From contig JASLEF010000016.1 of the NCBI GenBank assembly GCA_030151245.1, forward strand, positions 1-58,077: a DNA stretch of 58,077 nt. Direction: 5' to 3'. The DNA is from Ignatzschineria sp. Lineage in GTDB: Bacteria; Pseudomonadota; Gammaproteobacteria; Cardiobacteriales; Wohlfahrtiimonadaceae. A program made the position numbers and the translations under genes. Positions 52,837 to 58,077 of the stretch are shown in pieces. Positions within the stretch are counted from its first letter, which is position 1, and the number at the start of each line of letters is the position of its first letter. The notes under the pieces are model-generated. The model ran no database searches. It saw only the letters and a list, made by a program, of their open reading frames with translations, and was not told the origin of the DNA.

Positions 52837-54978
52837 CTACTCGTTAGGATTAGATCCCACTTCGTAGTCTGAACGCATCTCATAGTTTTGAATAAAGTAA
52901 TGGTGACTTGTATATTGGTCCACAATATCGTTCATAATATTCTCTTTCGTATACCCCATAATGTCATACCCCTTACTACCGTCATCTAGATAAACTTCAG
53001 CACGGAAATATTTATGATCATCTTCTGCCGACTCCTCATCTAATAAGGTAAAGCTTGGCTTGAGATAATGTTTTGCTTTTACTCGATAAACAAAGTTTGC
53101 ATTATCCCCATGATCCACTTCTAAGCGAATATCACCATCCTCTTCCGTATTGATCACAACACTCAATCCTTGCTTTTCAAATTCTGCTTTTACATCTTCA
53201 AAAGCAGGAAGGACAACATGATCCATAAATTTCAGCACATTATCTCGGCGTGGATAGATCGTCACGTTACGAAGACGTTTCTGCCAGCCACCAGAATCTC
53301 TGGTGCTAGGTTGAACATACATACTCGCTTTACTACGAATATCTGTTTTACCAAAGTCCATCCGAAGCGCTTTGAAGAGTCCGTAAATAGAGACTAAAAT
53401 CACAACACTAAATGGCAAGGCTGTCATGGTTGACGCTGCTTGTAACGTGCCTAAACCACCATTGAGCAACAGCACGATAGCGATTAAACCCGTAATAGAT
53501 CCCCAGTAAATCCGCTGCCATAAAGGCGTTACTTCAATCTCTTTTTTACTAGAGAGCATATCCATCACCAATGCACCTGAGTCCGCACTAGTTACAAAGA
53601 ATACCCCAACCATCATGACTGCAATAAATGAGATAATGCTTCGGATCCACTCTGCAGGAATAATGGATTGAATGGACTCAGCAACAGGAAAGGCATTAAT
53701 AAATGCAAATAATGCTTTTGAGCTACCATCAGGTCCTAATAGAGTCTCTTTCAGCTCTATCACACCATCATTAGCGATTAAATCAATGGCCGAGTTACCA
53801 AAGGTCGTCATCCAGAAAAAGGTAAAACCTGCTGGAATTAATAGTACGCCTCCCACAAAGTTACGGATGGTACGACCACGTGAAATCTTCGCAATAAACA
53901 TCCCCACAAATGGTGACCATGCAATCCACCACCCCCAATATGCAATCGTCCAGCCCCCAAGCCAACCTTCAATCTTCTCTTTCTCTGTCGCAGATGCGGC
54001 GGCTTCATAGCTGTAGGTATTAAAGGTACTATCAAAAATACTGGAGAAATATTGTCCAATATTTTGCATTAAAGCTTGTAATAAAAAGAGAACCTTTCCC
54101 CCAAAGAGGAAGACAAACAGTACTAATGCAAAAGCTAAGATCAGATTGACTTCAGAAAGAATTTTAATCCCCTTATCCAATCCCATGCTCACAGAAAGTG
54201 TTGCACATGCTGTCGTAATGATAATTAAGATAATCTGCGTTGTTGATGCGACAGGAATAGAGGGAAACAGAACATTTAATCCTGTATTAATCTGCATGAC
54301 CCCAAATCCTAAAGTTGTCGCGACACCAAAGACCGTTCCAATAACCGCAAAAGTATCAATTGCATCTCCCCAACGACCATAGATATGATCCCCAATCATA
54401 GGATAAAGGGCTGAACGCACTGCTAAAGGCAGATTCATTCTAAAACTAAAATATGCCAAAATCAGCCCAACAATTCCATAGATTGCCCAGGCATGAATCC
54501 CCCAGTGGAAGAAGGTGATATTCATTGCAGCCTTCGCAGCCTCAATCGTTTCAGGCTCACCAATCGGAGGTGCCAGATAATGTAAGAGCGGCTCTGCCAC
54601 CCCGAAGAACATAATACCGATCCCCATTCCCGTAGAAAAGAGCATCGCAAACCAGCTTCTATCGCTATAAGCTGGCTCTGAGTGGTCGGGTCCTAATTTA
54701 ATCGTGCCATACCGACTTAAGGCAATAAAAATAAACGCGATGAGAATAATCCCGACCGCAAGAAGGTAATACCAACCGAGATTTTCAGTAATCCAACTTA
54801 AAATGTTAGCGAAAAATTGAGGTGCGTCTGAATGCAAAATCGCAATCGCAATAATGCCAAAAATAATTACATTCGCACTAATGAAGACTGGGAGATGAAG
54901 CGCAGAAAACAGACCTTTTGTACTATCTTCCTTGGCCTCTTTTTCAGGCAAGTTCCCTTTAATGTTTGTTGCCACCAT
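52837..54978 (-). CDS. betT: BCCT transporter, BetT-like choline/betaine carrier with long C-terminal domain
   Basis: WFAMLFSTGMGIG, HWGIHAW, WTIAYWGWWIAWSPFVGMFIAKISRGRT, TSADS, C-terminal RAEVYL..GYDIMGY. Confidence 0.85.
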   Translation of the reverse strand: MVATNIKGNLPEKEAKEDSTKGLFSALHLPVFISANVIIFGIIAIAILHSDAPQFFANILSWITENLGWYYLLAVGIILIAFIFIALSRYGTIKLGPDHSEPAYSDRSWFAMLFSTGMGIGIMFFGVAEPLLHYLAPPIGEPETIEAAKAAMNITFFHWGIHAWAIYGIVGLILAYFSFRMNLPLAVRSALYPMIGDHIYGRWGDAIDTFAVIGTVFGVATTLGFGVMQINTGLNVLFPSIPVASTTQIILIIITTACATLSVSMGLDKGIKILSEVNLILAFALVLFVFLFGGKVLFLLQALMQNIGQYFSSIFDSTFNTYSYEAAASATEKEKIEGWLGGWTIAYWGWWIAWSPFVGMFIAKISRGRTIRNFVGGVLLIPAGFTFFWMTTFGNSAIDLIANDGVIELKETLLGPDGSSKALFAFINAFPVAESIQSIIPAEWIRSIISFIAVMMVGVFFVTSADSGALVMDMLSSKKEIEVTPLWQRIYWGSITGLIAIVLLLNGGLGTLQAASTMTALPFSVVILVSIYGLFKALRMDFGKTDIRSKASMYVQPSTRDSGGWQKRLRNVTIYPRRDNVLKFMDHVVLPAFEDVKAEFEKQGLSVVINTEEDGDIRLEVDHGDNANFVYRVKAKHYLKPSFTLLDEESAEDDHKYFRAEVYLDDGSKGYDIMGYTKENIMNDIVDQYTSHHYFIQNYEMRSDYEVGSNPNE

Positions 54979-55792
54979 AAATAAACATCATCCTTCCTCT
55001 GCTACAACAGCAAGAGATAATTTTGCTAGAAACCCCATGTTTCTAGTTCTTTTCTATTCGTCATTTAAAAATACACCGCAAAATAGTACCACAATATCAA
55101 TCATCTCTCATGTTTAGGGCTCAAAAACATGTAAATTATGATTGTTTTTTGTACAGAAAAAAGATCAGTTCTGCGCTTCCCCCTCCCGAACTTTTGAGTC
55201 AATTAATGCCCGATACCACAACATCATTCATTTGCCTAAGTAAATCAATTTTAGGGCGATTTGAAGGATTTATTCTTTAGTCATTTAGGGGCTATTTTGC
55301 AATTTATTCTCTGATTATTTCCCTCCCACTTCTAAGTAGTTCTTATCAATGCTTTAATTTGTAATATTTATACAAACTCTTGACAGCATTTCCCGCTAAA
55401 ATAGACCCGCATCATTGCCTTCCCTCTCTAGGTTGTGACACAAATCATCAAAATGTCTCCGTGATATCTACTATGAATATATAACTTTTCTCTAAAAACA
55501 GGTTATTTAATAATATTAATTCAATATGATCCTCTTATTTATATTGTTTATCATTAACCCTCCTTCCCTTTTTAGCTAGCTGTTTCTAGCTTTTATCTTT
55601 ACCCATGTTCGAGGCTTACGATGTTGATAACATTTATGAACGGTAGGATTCGCTGGAGTTTGAATCTTTAATTTCCGGATACTCTTATAAACCCAGATAT
55701 ATGGCTGAGGTGAGTTTTACAAGCACTTATTATGGGAATACCTGCTGCGATGAAGCCCCTTAAAGCGAAATGACTATCCCCTCATTTCCCAT

Positions 55793-55818
55793 AAAAAAAG
55801 CTCCCAAATTTGGGAGCT
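55793..55818 (-). terminator. Terminator after purD
   Basis: AGCTCCCAA-AT-TTGGGAGCT with T run on the minus strand. Confidence 0.8.
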
Positions 55819-55925
55819 CTCCTAACAATCTTTGTGAGCTATTATCTATAGATCTAATCGATGACTCACAGCTATTGCAAAACCTCATACAATATGATGA
55901 CTCATCGTTAGTAACCAACAAGAGA

Positions 55926-57188
55926 TTAACGCTTAAACTGCTTATGACCAATATCCGTACGGAAAAATGTGTGCGGTACAGCGAGATGCTGCATATTGGC
56001 ATAAGCTTTATCAAAGGCGGTTTTAAAATCATCAGCGATTGCGACATTTAATAAAATCCGCCCCCCATCGCTCACTAGGCGGTTGTCTAACTCTTTCACA
56101 CCAGCATAGAAAATTAATTCATCTTCATCATTAAAAGTCGGCGTATTTAAAGGATATCCTATCTGCGGCGCCTCAGGATAACCTTCTGATGCCAGAACAA
56201 CCCCAATCGCAAACTTTTTCGACCATTGAATCTCTGGCAATGTTTGATGAGTTAAGAAATTATAGATAATCTCAATAAAGTCTGTTTCTAATAAAGGCAA
56301 AATGATCTGCGCTTCAGGATCCCCAAAACGCGCATTAAATTCAATAACTTTAAAGCCCTCTTTGGTTAAAAAGAGTCCGCCATAGAGAAATCCGGTATAA
56401 GGCATTCCTTCCGCGGTTAAACCATCCACAATCGGCTGCATAATGGTTTTCACTGCCGTTTGAACTTCCGCACTTTCAGCATCAAAAATAGGTGCGTATG
56501 CGCCCATTCCCCCAGTATTCGGACCTTCATCATTATCATAAGCTCGCTTATGATCTTGCGCCATCACCATCGGGATAACCGTTCCTTCATGCACAAAACA
56601 CATCAAAGAGAACTCTTCGCCCTCAAGCATCTCTTCAATTAAGATGCAAGCGCCCGCTTCACCAAACTTATTGCCTTCGAGCATATCATCAATCGTCTCA
56701 AATGCTTCATCCAATGTTTCTGGAATAACCACCCCTTTTCCAGCAGCTAATCCATCTGCTTTAATCACAATGGGTAAGCCAATCTCATTCACATAAGCTT
56801 TCGCAGCAATACTCTCTGTAAAACTTTCAGAATGCGCTGTAGGGGCGCCATATTTCACCATCATCTGCTTCGAGAAATCTTTACTTCCTTCGATCTGTGC
56901 AGCGGCTTTGTCCGGTCCCCACACTAACAGTTGACGTTTTTTAAATTCATCAGCAACGCCGGAAACTAAACTGGCTTCAGGTCCAATAATTGTTAGTGTG
57001 ATACCTTCTCTTTCAGCAAAGTCCGCAAGAGCAATAGGATCTGTCTCAGAAATACCCACTAATGTTGCATCATTTTTCATGCCCGCATTACCTGGCGCGA
57101 CAAATACTTCTGAAACTAACGAACTTTTACGACTTTTCCACGCAAGCGCATGCTCACGTCCACCTTTACCAACAATTAAAACTTTCAT
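55926..57188 (-). CDS. purD: Phosphoribosylamine--glycine ligase
   Basis: GGREHA, APGN, EGSK, KADGLAAGKGV, QDHKR, GPNTGGMGAY, EFNARFGDPE. Confidence 0.97.
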   Translation of the reverse strand: MKVLIVGKGGREHALAWKSRKSSLVSEVFVAPGNAGMKNDATLVGISETDPIALADFAEREGITLTIIGPEASLVSGVADEFKKRQLLVWGPDKAAAQIEGSKDFSKQMMVKYGAPTAHSESFTESIAAKAYVNEIGLPIVIKADGLAAGKGVVIPETLDEAFETIDDMLEGNKFGEAGACILIEEMLEGEEFSLMCFVHEGTVIPMVMAQDHKRAYDNDEGPNTGGMGAYAPIFDAESAEVQTAVKTIMQPIVDGLTAEGMPYTGFLYGGLFLTKEGFKVIEFNARFGDPEAQIILPLLETDFIEIIYNFLTHQTLPEIQWSKKFAIGVVLASEGYPEAPQIGYPLNTPTFNDEDELIFYAGVKELDNRLVSDGGRILLNVAIADDFKTAFDKAYANMQHLAVPHTFFRTDIGHKQFKR

Positions 57189-57688
57189 CTATAATCTCTT
57201 CCTGATTCGATCATGAGTTTGGGAGGTCTATCTACACTGAGACAGCGATTTTATATCTGTAGAATGCGTCAAAGAGTATAGCACAGAAATGCCTGTGATA
57301 AATCCCTAACAGCAGGAAAGAACGGGGATAAAACGTCTTTCTAGAAAGATAAATATCAGAACGATTTCATGATGCATATCCTCTAACAATGTAGGATGTT
57401 CAATCTGTCGATAAGAAACAAAAATTAGAGACATTTAGTATTTACCTTGTATTGATAGCCCTAGAATAGGCATCATATGTTCCTTGACAAGATCTATCTC
57501 CAGCTCTTCTCCATCACTCTATTCTAGAGACTTCATAAGGTAGTATAAAACGGCTCTTTTTAATAAAAACTGCGCCATCTTTCTCCCCTTTATGCCCCTT
57601 GATTGACCAATAAGAGATCGAAATCCTTACCCAATTAGGGTACCATTGCCAGAAGATATTTTTCATTCATTCAAAAGAGATCAACAAA

Positions 57689-57886
57689 ATGCGTTTATTC
57701 ATAGCTATTTTTTTACCATGGTTAGGATTTTTTACTATCGGACGCCCCCTTGCTGGTATTATCTGCTTAATCCTCCAGCTCACTTTAATAGGCTGGATTC
57801 CTGCAGCAATTTGGAGCGTCTACGCCCTATCACAATATTATACTGATAGAAAAATTGACGCTTTTAGACGCGAACAAAACCGTTAA
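57689..57886 (+). CDS. YqaE/Pmp3 family small membrane protein
   Basis: AIFLPW...ICLILQLTLIGWIPAAIWSVYA. Confidence 0.85.
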   Translation: MRLFIAIFLPWLGFFTIGRPLAGIICLILQLTLIGWIPAAIWSVYALSQYYTDRKIDAFRREQNR

Positions 57887-58077
57887 ACAATCTCTTAAAA
57901 TATCTAGCAGAATAACATTGAAGATTGAGAAGAACTCTCCATCAGATTATTCTGCTTTTATCTTGAGTCTTTATCTTAATAAGGCTCTATCTCCTAGCTT
58001 CTCTCCTCTCTCTTCTATTTCTTATCCTATTTTTTAATCATCGATAAATCATCTCTCCTCATTCCCCCAAAACATCC

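Noticed and set aside
55681..55736. Purine-riboswitch look-alike (TATA...ATATGG...AGTTTTAC...TATGGG) near purD
   Set aside because: No P3 stem and no CC loop for the kissing interaction. It is downstream of and opposite to purD with no gene to control. An Infernal search with the Rfam Purine model would settle it.
55760..56051. Two overlapping ORFs of about 95 aa at the purD 3' end
   Set aside because: They overlap purD and its terminator; shadow ORFs.
57189..57688. PurR box or ZTP riboswitch upstream of purD
   Set aside because: Only weak partial AAACG matches and no recognisable riboswitch structure.

Overview
AT-rich bacterial chromosome segment made up mostly of housekeeping genes with a gammaproteobacterial character. 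An Ignatzschineria/Wohlfahrtiimonas-like host is an impression only and is not established. Left to right: a RelA/SpoT-synthetase-domain gene cut by the window edge and missing from the ORF track; mnmA, prc, serC, clpP-clpX, rnt, gshA, terC, an NCS2 permease, a FUSC protein, mraZ-murI, a lipoprotein, pepN-nitroreductase-yqgF, sstT, lysR, ubiC, a DEAD-box helicase, hrpA and slyX. Next is a 6.4-kb block with four identical, individually transcribed tRNA-Gly(GCC) genes interleaved with tetR, yafJ, DUF4326 and gltP. Then come dsbD, ibaG-murA, an MscS-like protein, endA, copZ, a torECAD TMAO-respiration operon, a yeeZ-like epimerase, betT, purD and a yqaE-like gene. I found no integrase, transposase, CRISPR array or recognisable prophage. 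The most unusual features are the A-B-B-A dispersed tRNA-Gly array with cargo genes between the copies, the small alarmone synthetase, and an orphan mraZ and a purD that both look horizontally acquired. Family calls rest on motif recognition, not database searches.
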